Below are positions 7,226 to 15,896 of a stretch of 34,178 nucleotides of DNA, piece by piece (position 1 is the first letter of the stretch; each line of letters starts with the position of its first letter). A program made the translations under genes and the position numbers. Source of the stretch: a virus (Duplodnaviria; Caudoviricetes); the IMG/VR virus record IMGVR_UViG_3300014201_000020, positions 1 through 34,178 of that record, one strand, 5' to 3'. Under the pieces are notes generated by a model. That model did not search any database, was not told the DNA's origin, and saw only the letters and a list, made by a program, of their open reading frames with translations.

Positions 7226-8548
7226 TCACTCATAGTGGAACTCGGTTGCGAAGCCGTGCTCTTGGAGGCGGGGGATCTCCTCCTCGAGCTTCTCGCCGAT
7301 GTCATCCCGGTAGATCATGTCCGGGACCTGCATCTCCTTGACCGTATCGTACGCGCGCGTGGTGGCCTGGCGCACGGTCTTACCCGTCCCCGTGACCACC
7401 ATCAGGTAGTCCCCGGCGGTCGCCCAGATCTCCCGCTCGGTCACCTTCTCCCCCTCCATGTCGGGCAGCTTCATGCGCTGCACCGACTGCGGCCACAGGT
7501 ACTGCTCGTTCGCCTTCGTGACCCCGTAGATCGGAAGGCCCGCGAGCTCCTCGGCCGTGCGGTGGCTGTAGGGGTAGTCCGGCTGCGCCAGCACCACCCC
7601 GCAGGCGACCTTGCCGATGGTCTTCAGCGTGTCCTTGCCGTTGCAGGCATCAAGCATCCACTGGCACGGATCCCCGGAGTGCGTGGCGGCCTGGATGTTG
7701 AAGGCGGGCCAGCCTAACCGCATCGTGAATTCAAGCGGCCAGGCCTGCCCTCGCTCATCGACGATGCAGTTGACATCGATGTCCCCGGTGTGGCCCATTT
7801 TCACCAGCGCATCCTCAAGGGGACCTAGAACCTCAGCGCCCAGCGCCGAGGTCGTGACATACTTCTGCACCGTCCCGGCCTCCCCGCAGTTCGGGCCGGC
7901 GTTGCCTGACAGGAGCTTTTTGTGCTCAAAGTTTTCGTTGTAGGGCCCGACCCAGCCTTCAGTCCCCATCCACCGGCTGACCCCCACTTCTACGCCTTCA
8001 ATTACCTCCTGGAGCATTACCGATCCTTTGGGGTTAAGACCCAGGCGCTGCCAGCGCTGGAGCCGGGCGATCAGGTCAGCTGGGGACTTTCCTACGTAGG
8101 AGAGGGATTTGTCTTCTTCGTCCCCGAGGGTTTTGAACACGAACCGCCCTTCGGTCTTGCGCACATGCGCCTCGGCCGCCGCCAGATCCGGGAACTGCTT
8201 GTACGCCGGGACCTCTATCCCGTGTACCTCAAAAAACTGCATCCCGAACGCCCTCTTGATCTCGAGGGCGGCGGACTTCTCGGTCGGCCCGAAGACCTTC
8301 ACACCGGTTTTGCGCAGCTGCTCGAATTTCTGGCAGAAGAGGTGGTTGCCGGTCGGGAGGATCAGATCCGCCCAGCGTGCGGATGGGAGCCACTGCTCGA
8401 CGAGCGTCACCTCCTTGAAGCCGCGGCCCAGTTCCGGATTGGCGGTCTTGTGGACCCACAGTCGTACCTCGTGGCCCGCCTTCGCACAGCGCAGCGCGAA
8501 CGCCAGACCTTCGCCGACGCTGTCCATGTTCACCACCAGAAGCTTCAC
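7226..8548 (-). CDS. PurD (GAR synthetase)-like ATP-grasp amine ligase, atypical N-terminus
   Basis: VFGPTEKSAALEIKR, MLQEVIEGVEV, EHKKL..GNAGPNCGEAG, GDIDVNCIV, LEFTMRLGWP, MVVTGTGKTV..A...AY, MIYRDDIG all align with PurD motifs; the N-terminal GxGGREH motif is absent. Confidence 0.85.
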   Translation of the reverse strand: MKLLVVNMDSVGEGLAFALRCAKAGHEVRLWVHKTANPELGRGFKEVTLVEQWLPSARWADLILPTGNHLFCQKFEQLRKTGVKVFGPTEKSAALEIKRAFGMQFFEVHGIEVPAYKQFPDLAAAEAHVRKTEGRFVFKTLGDEEDKSLSYVGKSPADLIARLQRWQRLGLNPKGSVMLQEVIEGVEVGVSRWMGTEGWVGPYNENFEHKKLLSGNAGPNCGEAGTVQKYVTTSALGAEVLGPLEDALVKMGHTGDIDVNCIVDERGQAWPLEFTMRLGWPAFNIQAATHSGDPCQWMLDACNGKDTLKTIGKVACGVVLAQPDYPYSHRTAEELAGLPIYGVTKANEQYLWPQSVQRMKLPDMEGEKVTEREIWATAGDYLMVVTGTGKTVRQATTRAYDTVKEMQVPDMIYRDDIGEKLEEEIPRLQEHGFATEFHYE

Positions 8549-10890
8549 GGCTGAGGGCGCCTCACCGCATCCCCGATCGGTAGCGGTTGGGGTGGCGCAC
8601 CGGCAGGAGACTGCCCACCAGACTCCAGAACGTCGATAGCCGCTCGGCGAGCGCGCTTCGCAGACGCTCTTTCCACATCACGTGCTGCCTGCTCCAGAGG
8701 TGAAACAACGGCTTGTTCCGCGGTCTTCGCCGCCTCTCCTCGTGTGCCGAGGTCCGAGATCGCATGCTTTGCTCCCACGAGGTACTTGCCCCCATACGGG
8801 ATATGTTTCAGGACCTTCTCCGCCAGCACCAGGGCGTTGGGCACAGTTCCGGACTGGGTGGTGCGCCCCCCGACCGGGCTCCTCGTGGTGATGCGCCGCG
8901 CCCGCAGGATCTGGAAGAGCTCGCGCGTGTTGGCCTTGCCCAGGATCTCATCGAGGTTCTCACGCGGGAAACGACTGATCGACTTGCGCAGCGCCGCCTC
9001 GGTCAGCACGGCGCGCTCGGTCTCATCGGCCGCCGTGACGTTGCGCGCATCCTCGAGGATCCGGTTTACGGTCTCGGCGCGAAAGTCCCGCCAGGCGGCC
9101 CGACCTTGCGCGCGCAGCTGCGGGGTGCCTCCGGTCAGCAGCGTCTTTTTCACCTGGCGGACTTTAGCCAGCGGACCGGTCGCGATCTTCCCGTGGGTCT
9201 TCTCGTAGTCCAACGCGGGATCGGAGCTGCCCTTTTTCTTGCTCACGAGCTGACGCACCGCACCCTGGTCCTTGAACTCCTCCTGATGCTTGCGGAAGGC
9301 ATCGGTCGCCCGCTGCCAGGCTTTCGCGCCTTCCGGGACATCCTTCATCGCCGCATCGACCGCATCGCGCACCTGACCGGCGAAGTGAGCGGTGGTGGAG
9401 CCTTTGGCCATGTTCTTGGTGGCGAGCTTGCGCAGGTCGTACAGTTCCTTCAGCGTGACCTGGGAGAGATCAACGTCCTTCGCCTCAACACCGGTCTTTG
9501 CCGCCTTCGCCGAGCGCGCCTTATCAAACCAGCCCTTCACCCAACCGACGTGCTGGATGTCGGGGTTTTCCAAGAGCAAATCGGTGACCGGCTTCGTTCC
9601 GGCAAGGGAGTGCGGGTCGGTCTCCTCGGCGATCTTGTACAGCGCCTCGTACCCCTTCTTCGACCACTTGGCTTTCGCCTGGGCGGCGCTCTGCGTCGAC
9701 TCCCCCACCCTGGTGGGTGGCTTCGTCGGACCGCGCAGCGCCCCTGGCACCGGATTGCCCTCCTCGTCTACCGGCTCCTGTCGGATGTCTCCCCGTCGAC
9801 CGCCGACACGTCCCCGGAGAACTTCCAGGTTCGCTTGAAGGTCTCGGTTTGCTCCAATGTCCACATCCCGGATGGGCTGACCCTCTGCAGTGTTCGACGC
9901 GATCGCCTCTCGTCGAAGCTGTACGGGGTCGCGCTCCAGCTGCCCGCGAGTGGCCTGGACGGGGACGCGCAGCTGCTGGAGGGCCGCCTGGCGGCGGACG
10001 GCTGCAGGGTTAAGCTTGTCGAGGGCAGTGGCGTCCTGGGCGATCGTCGTGAGCGCCTTACGTGTACCAGGGCCCAGACGAGACCAATCAAGCCCATGAC
10101 GGCTGGCATACGCTTGCGCCCTCGCTTCGTTCTCGGATGCGGGTGGTTCGGTTCCACGTGGAGCGGGGCCGTCGCCTACGCTCGAGGCTGGGGCTCTGGG
10201 CGCCCCCGTGGCTGTCAGCGGCGGCTCAGGGGCCGTCTGGCCGCCCGGCGAGGCCTGGGGCTCGCCCACGGCCGTCTGGGGCGCCCTGGGGGCTCCTGTG
10301 GCGGTCAGCTCCTCGGCGGGAGCGGCGGCCGCCCCCCCTCGGCCTAGGAACTTGCCTACGGCCCCCGGGATCGCCTGCACGGCCGTGTTGGCGGCAGCGC
10401 CCAGCGCGGGGGAGCCCGTAAGCTCCGCGGTCTTCTCCCCGACCTTGTTCGCGCCCTTGGCGAGCAGGGTGAAGGGGAAGGACACCGCTTTGTCGACCGC
10501 CTGCCCCACTTTCGTGCGCGGCTGTCTGGTGAAGGCCTCCTCGGTGCGCTGGATGGTGTCGGTCGCCTGGTCGGTGAAGGCCTCCCGGGCTTTCTCGAAA
10601 CCCTCACCCGACGCCAGCGCCTCGGCTCCCCGCACGGTGCCGGTGGCAAGGCCTGCCACGCCTCCGGCCACCGCCCCTGCCGCCCCCGTGGCGGCCTTCA
10701 GCACAGGTTCGCCCACCGCGTCGGTGACCTTCCCTAAGGCCTTGTTGACCGGGGAGCCGCCGACGAGCGACCGAGCGGTCATCGGGTGCTGCTGCACCAG
10801 GTCGTTGACCGTGGCGTCTAGCTGATCGGGCGTGTCGTAGGTGACGCGCGCAATCTTGCCGTCGGGCAATGTGACTTGCGCGGTGCCCAT
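8545..10890 (-). CDS. Large DNA ejection/internal virion protein (P22 gp16-like position), 781 aa
   Basis: ATG at 10890 directly after the upstream stop (MGTAQVTLPDGKIARV); Ala/Gly-rich hydrophobic N-part, then long helical region; third gene of the ejection block. Confidence 0.72.
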   Translation of the reverse strand: MGTAQVTLPDGKIARVTYDTPDQLDATVNDLVQQHPMTARSLVGGSPVNKALGKVTDAVGEPVLKAATGAAGAVAGGVAGLATGTVRGAEALASGEGFEKAREAFTDQATDTIQRTEEAFTRQPRTKVGQAVDKAVSFPFTLLAKGANKVGEKTAELTGSPALGAAANTAVQAIPGAVGKFLGRGGAAAAPAEELTATGAPRAPQTAVGEPQASPGGQTAPEPPLTATGAPRAPASSVGDGPAPRGTEPPASENEARAQAYASRHGLDWSRLGPGTRKALTTIAQDATALDKLNPAAVRRQAALQQLRVPVQATRGQLERDPVQLRREAIASNTAEGQPIRDVDIGANRDLQANLEVLRGRVGGRRGDIRQEPVDEEGNPVPGALRGPTKPPTRVGESTQSAAQAKAKWSKKGYEALYKIAEETDPHSLAGTKPVTDLLLENPDIQHVGWVKGWFDKARSAKAAKTGVEAKDVDLSQVTLKELYDLRKLATKNMAKGSTTAHFAGQVRDAVDAAMKDVPEGAKAWQRATDAFRKHQEEFKDQGAVRQLVSKKKGSSDPALDYEKTHGKIATGPLAKVRQVKKTLLTGGTPQLRAQGRAAWRDFRAETVNRILEDARNVTAADETERAVLTEAALRKSISRFPRENLDEILGKANTRELFQILRARRITTRSPVGGRTTQSGTVPNALVLAEKVLKHIPYGGKYLVGAKHAISDLGTRGEAAKTAEQAVVSPLEQAARDVERASAKRARRAAIDVLESGGQSPAGAPPQPLPIGDAVRRPQP
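10189..10308 (-). repeat. Intragenic duplication of LTATGAPRAP (10279-10308 and 10189-10218)
   Basis: Ten identical residues; 7 of 10 codons differ synonymously. Confidence 0.85.
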
Positions 10891-10891
10891 G

Positions 10892-12397
10892 TCAGTTGAT
10901 GATCTCCACCGTCGCCCCGGAGGAGTGCCTGTACTTCTGACCCGGCTGCAGGGACTGCGCCGTAGGTCCCGCCGGAGCCGCCCCGCCCCCTGGCGCAGGG
11001 GAGGCCGCACCAGGTGATGGAGCCGCCCCGGGGGATGCTTGTCCGCTGGCCCCGGGGATCGCGGTCTCCGAGGTCTCAGCGATGGTTCGGTCGGCCGCAT
11101 CGCGCGCCCCTGAGGCTTCCTCTTTCAGCGATCGCACCAGGGTCGAGACTGCCTCGGGGCCGTTGGCGATGTTGAAAAGCTCATGAATGTGCGCGCGTTT
11201 GTCGACGTCGGTGCCGGAGCGGGCGGCCAGCTGGTTGTAGGCGTTCTCCAGCGCCTGCATCTTCGCCTTGAAGCGCAGCAGCTTAGGATCGGAGATCTTG
11301 GAGTTGGCCATGTTCTTCAGCTGGTTCCACGGCACGAAGTTGCCGCGGGGGATGTCCTGACTTGCCTGCAGGGTCTGGTCCCCGAAGGTGTCGAGCTCAT
11401 TCGAGGCGAGCGCCACCTTGCCGATCTGGGTGCCGGCGGTCTGCGCGCCCTTCGTCTCCGCGGCGAGTTTCAGCTTGCCGGACTTGATGCCATCGGCGAT
11501 CTGGTCGGCGGTCAGCTCCGGGTGCTTGGCAAAGAGGCCGTTGATGGTCGCTGCGATCTGCTGCTGTGATCGAAGACCGGCAGGGAGCGACACGTTGCGG
11601 TCCGCCAGCGCGGCGAGTAGCTCGGACTGCCGGTCATCGAAACCCTTGGACTTCTGCTCGGCAATCGCGGCGTGGCGCGCGGCGGTGTCCTCGGTCGCCC
11701 GGTCGTGCTTTTCCTTCTCCGTCTCGGCCGCCTCCCGGGTCTGCTGGGCCTTGCCGGCGGTGTCCGCCTTCATCTGCTCGAGGCGGCTCTTGATCGCCGC
11801 CGCCCCCTGTTTGGACTTCGCCTCCCACCCCTCGAGCGTGGCCAACGTGTAGCCGCCCTGGATCCCGGTCACCATCTTCAGCTGATCATCCGGCAGCGCG
11901 GGCTTGCCGTCAGGGAGCTGCATGCCACGCAGGCCCTGGATCGCCTGCGGCATCTGCTGGGTGATGAAGGCCTTCACGTCCAGGTCCGAGGCCCCCTTTG
12001 CCTTCATCTCGCGCGCCTGGGCGACGATCGGGTCTATGGCGCCGACGATGAGGTCCTGGCGCTTCTCCAGGAGCGAGAGCTGGTCAAGCTGCGCGGCCAC
12101 CTGCCCCGACTGGTACTGCTGGCCGGTCTTCATGAGGTCCATGGCCGAGCGCGGGGAGACCTTGTTCACCGCCGAGGCCGTCTTCGCCAGCCCCTCAGGG
12201 GTCGAGTAGTCGGACTGCTGCAGGATCGCCTTGACCTGCTGGTCCTCCTTCTCCGCGCGCTGCTCCTGGCCCAAGTGAAGCTTGTTCAGCTGGGTGCGAT
12301 CGAGCGCATCGGCGATGCCGACCGCCTTGCCGATCGAGTCCACGGGATCCCCGCCGGCGTCCCCGATGCTCGAAATGACTGAGGGGTCAAAGGCCAT
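10892..12397 (-). CDS. DNA ejection/internal virion protein (P22 gp20-like position)
   Basis: Q/A/K-rich helical 501-aa protein with a Pro/Gly/Ala linker near the C-terminus; position after the gp7-like gene. Confidence 0.72.
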   Translation of the reverse strand: MAFDPSVISSIGDAGGDPVDSIGKAVGIADALDRTQLNKLHLGQEQRAEKEDQQVKAILQQSDYSTPEGLAKTASAVNKVSPRSAMDLMKTGQQYQSGQVAAQLDQLSLLEKRQDLIVGAIDPIVAQAREMKAKGASDLDVKAFITQQMPQAIQGLRGMQLPDGKPALPDDQLKMVTGIQGGYTLATLEGWEAKSKQGAAAIKSRLEQMKADTAGKAQQTREAAETEKEKHDRATEDTAARHAAIAEQKSKGFDDRQSELLAALADRNVSLPAGLRSQQQIAATINGLFAKHPELTADQIADGIKSGKLKLAAETKGAQTAGTQIGKVALASNELDTFGDQTLQASQDIPRGNFVPWNQLKNMANSKISDPKLLRFKAKMQALENAYNQLAARSGTDVDKRAHIHELFNIANGPEAVSTLVRSLKEEASGARDAADRTIAETSETAIPGASGQASPGAAPSPGAASPAPGGGAAPAGPTAQSLQPGQKYRHSSGATVEIIN

Positions 12398-12401
12398 GGG
12401 G

Positions 12402-13031
12402 TCAGCCTCCCTGGCTGTTCAGGGCCTGGAGCGTCTGATACTCCAGGTACTGGTTGCCGGCGTTGCCGATCGACTTCGTGATGCCGGCGACGGTGTTCGC
12501 ATCGATCCCGGCGATGTTGTTGCCCTGGGCGGTCAGCGCCTGGCCGATGTTCCCGGCCGCAGTCCCGACGTTCTGTGCCTGGCCCGCCGCGGCCGCTTGA
12601 CCTGAGGCCACCGCGCCGCCGATATCGGCCACCTCGTTCTGGTAGGTCCCGGAGGCAAGACCGGTGTTGTACGTGTCCAGGGCCGCAAGCGTGTTGCCGC
12701 CCACGCCACCGCCCAACGATGCCGCGTTCAGGATCCCGGTCTCCCCCTGGGACTTCGTGAACTGGTACCCGGGGGTCTGCGCGAGGGCGTCCTGGATGGT
12801 CTGCGGGTTGCTCCCCGGGGTGAGCCCCAGGAGCGCCTCGTACTGCGGGATCGCCGCGGACCCCAGATCCCGGTAGGGCTGGCTAAGCGCCGCCTGCTGG
12901 TTGAGCGCGGCCTGCTGCTGGGTGATATTGGCCTGGGTGGCGCTGTTCGTGGCGCTCGCCGACTCGGACCCTGCGATGCCGCTGCCAACCGCTCCTACGA
13001 CTGCTCCGCCGATGATGGCTGCTGCGACCAT
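12402..13031 (-). CDS. DNA transfer/pilot protein (P22 gp7-like)
   Basis: MVAAAIIGGAVVGAVGSGIAG hydrophobic N-terminus, QPYRDLG, TPGYQF..QG, GGNTLAAL motifs typical of podoviral gp7-like ejection proteins. Confidence 0.82.
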   Translation of the reverse strand: MVAAAIIGGAVVGAVGSGIAGSESASATNSATQANITQQQAALNQQAALSQPYRDLGSAAIPQYEALLGLTPGSNPQTIQDALAQTPGYQFTKSQGETGILNAASLGGGVGGNTLAALDTYNTGLASGTYQNEVADIGGAVASGQAAAAGQAQNVGTAAGNIGQALTAQGNNIAGIDANTVAGITKSIGNAGNQYLEYQTLQALNSQGG

Positions 13032-13514
13032 TTATTCACCCCACCAGGCGCTGAAGTACTCGTCCGCCTTGTACATCCCCAGCTGCAAGAAGAGCCCGCT
13101 CGAGTCCTTGTGGACCTTGGAGCCGTAGAATGGCCGTTTCACCCCGCGCCGTACAGCCTCCGCCTTCACCGTGGTGAAGAGCAGCTCCGCCAGCATGTCC
13201 TCCTCGAGCTTGGAGAGGCTGTCGGTCGCCCGGTAGTCGGGGTGGATCCAGTAGATGTCCATCGTCAGCGTGAGGCACGTCTGGTAGTGCAGCGCGGGGG
13301 CGATGAACCCGACGAAATACCCGACGATGGCTCCTCGCTCTCGCAAGGTCACGCACAGCACCTGCCCCGCGGCCTCGCGCCGCAGGTACTCCGCGTAGTC
13401 CGGGCACAGCGGGACCTTGTCCTGATCGAGCGCGATTTCCTTCCAGTGCGGGTCAAAGAGGGGCTTTAGCTCCTCGAGGCACCGGTGCAGCTCCTCGACC
13501 GCGGCGGTGATCAT
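13032..13514 (-). CDS. GNAT-fold acetyltransferase-like protein
   Basis: HWKE...PDYAEY...TLRERGAIVGYFVGFI..ALHY...DIYWIHPDYR and LFLQLG; located just before the ejection genes like T7 gp13-type proteins. Confidence 0.8.
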   Translation of the reverse strand: MITAAVEELHRCLEELKPLFDPHWKEIALDQDKVPLCPDYAEYLRREAAGQVLCVTLRERGAIVGYFVGFIAPALHYQTCLTLTMDIYWIHPDYRATDSLSKLEEDMLAELLFTTVKAEAVRRGVKRPFYGSKVHKDSSGLFLQLGMYKADEYFSAWWGE

Positions 13515-14125
13515 GGCTTCTCGATACCCTGTTCGGGGTCCAGCGGCACCTGCGCAGTCGCCGCCTTGAAGTGCAGGTGCTGGGTGCGGATGTCGATGAT
13601 CAGGTGGATCCGCTCAGAGGCGGAGTTGTTCACCACCTCGTGCTCGATCTCGTTCTGGAACCACCACAGCTCCCCCGCCGACATGCCCACCGTCTCATCC
13701 CCGCACCGAAAGAGAACCCCAGGGGAGGCGGCCACGACGTAGTGGAAGCGGTCCCAGTACTGGGCGTGCACCGGGGTGTCGGCGTGCGGGTAGATCCGCC
13801 CTCCGGGGACGATCTTGTTCAGCATCACCCGCCCGATGCGCTCGCCGGCCACTTGGCCCATGAGAGCGAAGACCAGCGGCCTGGCGGCGGGCAGGTGCAG
13901 CCAGCCGTCCATCCACACGCACTCGTGCTGGTCCTTCGTGGAGCGCTCAAGCTCGGTCACCGAGGCGGGCGGGAAGCGCAGGAAGATCGTCTCCACGTCC
14001 TTGAAGGGGCCCTGAGGGTAATCGCGAAGGTAGGTGTCCTCCCGCCACAGGTGCGGCTGGCGCATCAGCTCCATCATCAGCGGGGTCATGTTGAGGCCCG
14101 CGCCCAGGCGGTAGAAGTTTTTCAA
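13511..14125 (-). CDS. Aspartyl/asparaginyl beta-hydroxylase-like 2OG-Fe(II) oxygenase
   Basis: PGGRIYPHAD (HxD), RFH, GELWWFQNEIEHEVVNNSASERIHLIID (distal His, 2OG-binding Arg); TTG start overlapping the upstream stop. Confidence 0.88.
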   Translation of the reverse strand: MKNFYRLGAGLNMTPLMMELMRQPHLWREDTYLRDYPQGPFKDVETIFLRFPPASVTELERSTKDQHECVWMDGWLHLPAARPLVFALMGQVAGERIGRVMLNKIVPGGRIYPHADTPVHAQYWDRFHYVVAASPGVLFRCGDETVGMSAGELWWFQNEIEHEVVNNSASERIHLIIDIRTQHLHFKAATAQVPLDPEQGIEKP

Positions 14126-14394
14126 ACTGGCGTCCCTGTTGCGTCCACCCAGACAGGCGAGGCGCCCGGGGTCTTAAGCCAAATGGGCTTGCCTAAGGTG
14201 GTGTCGAAGTACGGCATCCCCTGGTACTGCCCCTGCGTCGGCCGGCTGGTGCTGATGCCGGCCGTGCTCACGGCGGTGAGGATACGCTGCACGGTGGAAA
14301 ACCACCCGCCCCACTCGCTCGTGAACTTCACCAGCCGCTCGCCCAGCTGCACGAACATCGGCGGCTGCGGCAGGCCTCCTAAGGGTGAGCTCAC
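14122..14394 (-). CDS. Small tail protein (needle/plug position), 90 aa
   Basis: STSRPT...GMPYFDTTLGKPIW...WVDATG is a recurrent phage tail C-terminal motif; follows the gp10-like gene. Confidence 0.7.
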   Translation of the reverse strand: MSSPLGGLPQPPMFVQLGERLVKFTSEWGGWFSTVQRILTAVSTAGISTSRPTQGQYQGMPYFDTTLGKPIWLKTPGASPVWVDATGTPV

Positions 14395-15896
14395 GGCCGC
14401 CCCTTCGTGGCAGGGGCGCTGCGCCCGCCGCGCATCGAGGTCATCATGGCCCCCGCGGTGATCTCAAAGGGCACAGGGTCCGTCATCCGGATCTTAAGGT
14501 TCCCCTGCTTCATGCGGCCCCAGCGCCGGCTGTTCACGCGCGTCCAGTACTGGCCCATGACACCTAACGGGAAGCGCCGGGCGACCCCGAAGTCGCGGCC
14601 ATCCCGGGCGATCGACAGCTCCACCTGCGGGTAGTAGCCCTGCAGGCCCGGGGTCGGCAGCCCCACACCGGTGCGCATGTCGAGGTAGATCTGGCTCACG
14701 CGGAAGGTGTTGAAGTCCTCCAGGGCGCAGGGCGTCACGACCTCGCGCACGATGACATTGCCGTTGTCGGTGTAGACGCCCGGGTCGAACTGATACACGT
14801 TGCCGTTGCTGTAGTCGCTGAAGAAGCCGGTCCCGTAGGCCTGGCAGCCTAAGTTCGCCAAGTGCCGCGCCGCGTGCATCTGGGTGATCCCTGACTGCAC
14901 CTCGCTCCACAGGCCCGTGGTCGTGTCCAGCAGCAGCGAGCGGTTTGCGGCCGGGAAGTTGAACTGCGCGAAGTGGTGCGAGTCGATCTGGTAGGAAAAG
15001 CACGTGCAGTCGGTGATGCCGCTCGAGCGCGCCATGCTTTGCAGGATGTTGTCGATGTCCGTGGTCGACACCACCTCCACCGAGTACCCCTTGATGCGGC
15101 AGATCTGAAAGGACCCCGAGGAGCCCTGGAAGCTCCCGCCGCCGGTGTGGGCGAGGAAGAGCAGCGAGTCCCCGACGTGCACCCGGCCGTACACCGCCTC
15201 AAGTCCGTACATGGTGGCGGAGTTTTGGATGTAGACGAAGGGCTCAGGGGTCGACGCCTGGTTTTGCCAGAACTCCACATGTCCGCCGGAGAAGATGATC
15301 AGGATCCCGCCCAGCTGGTCGACCGCGTAGATCCCGTCGATCGCCTGCACCGCGGTCGCAAAGGACAGGCCCGGCCAGGTGGTCCCATCGTTCAGCGCGG
15401 AGACGAAGAACTGGTTTGTCCCGGGGAGCTCGGCGATGAAGAAGCCGTTGCAGTAGGCGATCGTGCGCGCCCCGTTCGGGAAGGAGGCGCCCACCACCAG
15501 CACCACCCCGGTGGTCGGGTTGAACACATACCCCGCCGAGCCGTCGACCACCATCAGCTGGGTGGGGTTCAGCGCCATGCCCACCAGCCCCACGGAGGTG
15601 CCGATCGCCCCCTGCACGATCGTGCTGCCGGCCTGGGTCAGGGACTTAACGACGTTGCCGGCGGTCACGTACATGCCGGTGTCGTTGCCCACCATCCCGC
15701 GCATGGGCTGGTTCTGCGGGGTCGCGGGGTTGAAGGCCAGCGTCAGGCCCGGGGTGCCGTAGCAGACGATCGAGGACTTGTCCTGGTCCTTGCGCGGCTC
15801 AAGGTAGCAGTTCAGGCGCCGCTGCCGGGTGACCACGGGGCTCCTCGAGAAGATCCCCTCCCCGAAAATACGGACCTTTTTGATGCGAGCGGTCAT
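14391..15896 (-). CDS. Packaged-DNA stabilization/tail nozzle protein (P22 gp10-like)
   Basis: RRLNCY...YGTPGL, QLMVVDG..GY, FFVSALNDG..W, YQIDSHHF..FNFP, RRWGR and KIRMTDPV match the P22 gp10 family beta-propeller. Confidence 0.9.
   Translation of the reverse strand: MTARIKKVRIFGEGIFSRSPVVTRQRRLNCYLEPRKDQDKSSIVCYGTPGLTLAFNPATPQNQPMRGMVGNDTGMYVTAGNVVKSLTQAGSTIVQGAIGTSVGLVGMALNPTQLMVVDGSAGYVFNPTTGVVLVVGASFPNGARTIAYCNGFFIAELPGTNQFFVSALNDGTTWPGLSFATAVQAIDGIYAVDQLGGILIIFSGGHVEFWQNQASTPEPFVYIQNSATMYGLEAVYGRVHVGDSLLFLAHTGGGSFQGSSGSFQICRIKGYSVEVVSTTDIDNILQSMARSSGITDCTCFSYQIDSHHFAQFNFPAANRSLLLDTTTGLWSEVQSGITQMHAARHLANLGCQAYGTGFFSDYSNGNVYQFDPGVYTDNGNVIVREVVTPCALEDFNTFRVSQIYLDMRTGVGLPTPGLQGYYPQVELSIARDGRDFGVARRFPLGVMGQYWTRVNSRRWGRMKQGNLKIRMTDPVPFEITAGAMMTSMRGGRSAPATKGRP

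Noticed and set aside
7226-8548. Calling the ATP-grasp gene purD as a purine auxiliary metabolic gene
   Set aside because: It lacks the GxGGREH motif, has no pur neighbours and sits in the virion module, so no gene symbol was assigned.
2935-11100. ORF-track N-terminal extensions (3690 for the endolysin, 11100 for the ejection protein; likewise 2725, 1704, 28052, 32867, 33039)
   Set aside because: The extensions overlap upstream genes and read as junk; internal starts coupled to the upstream stop or with an RBS fit better.
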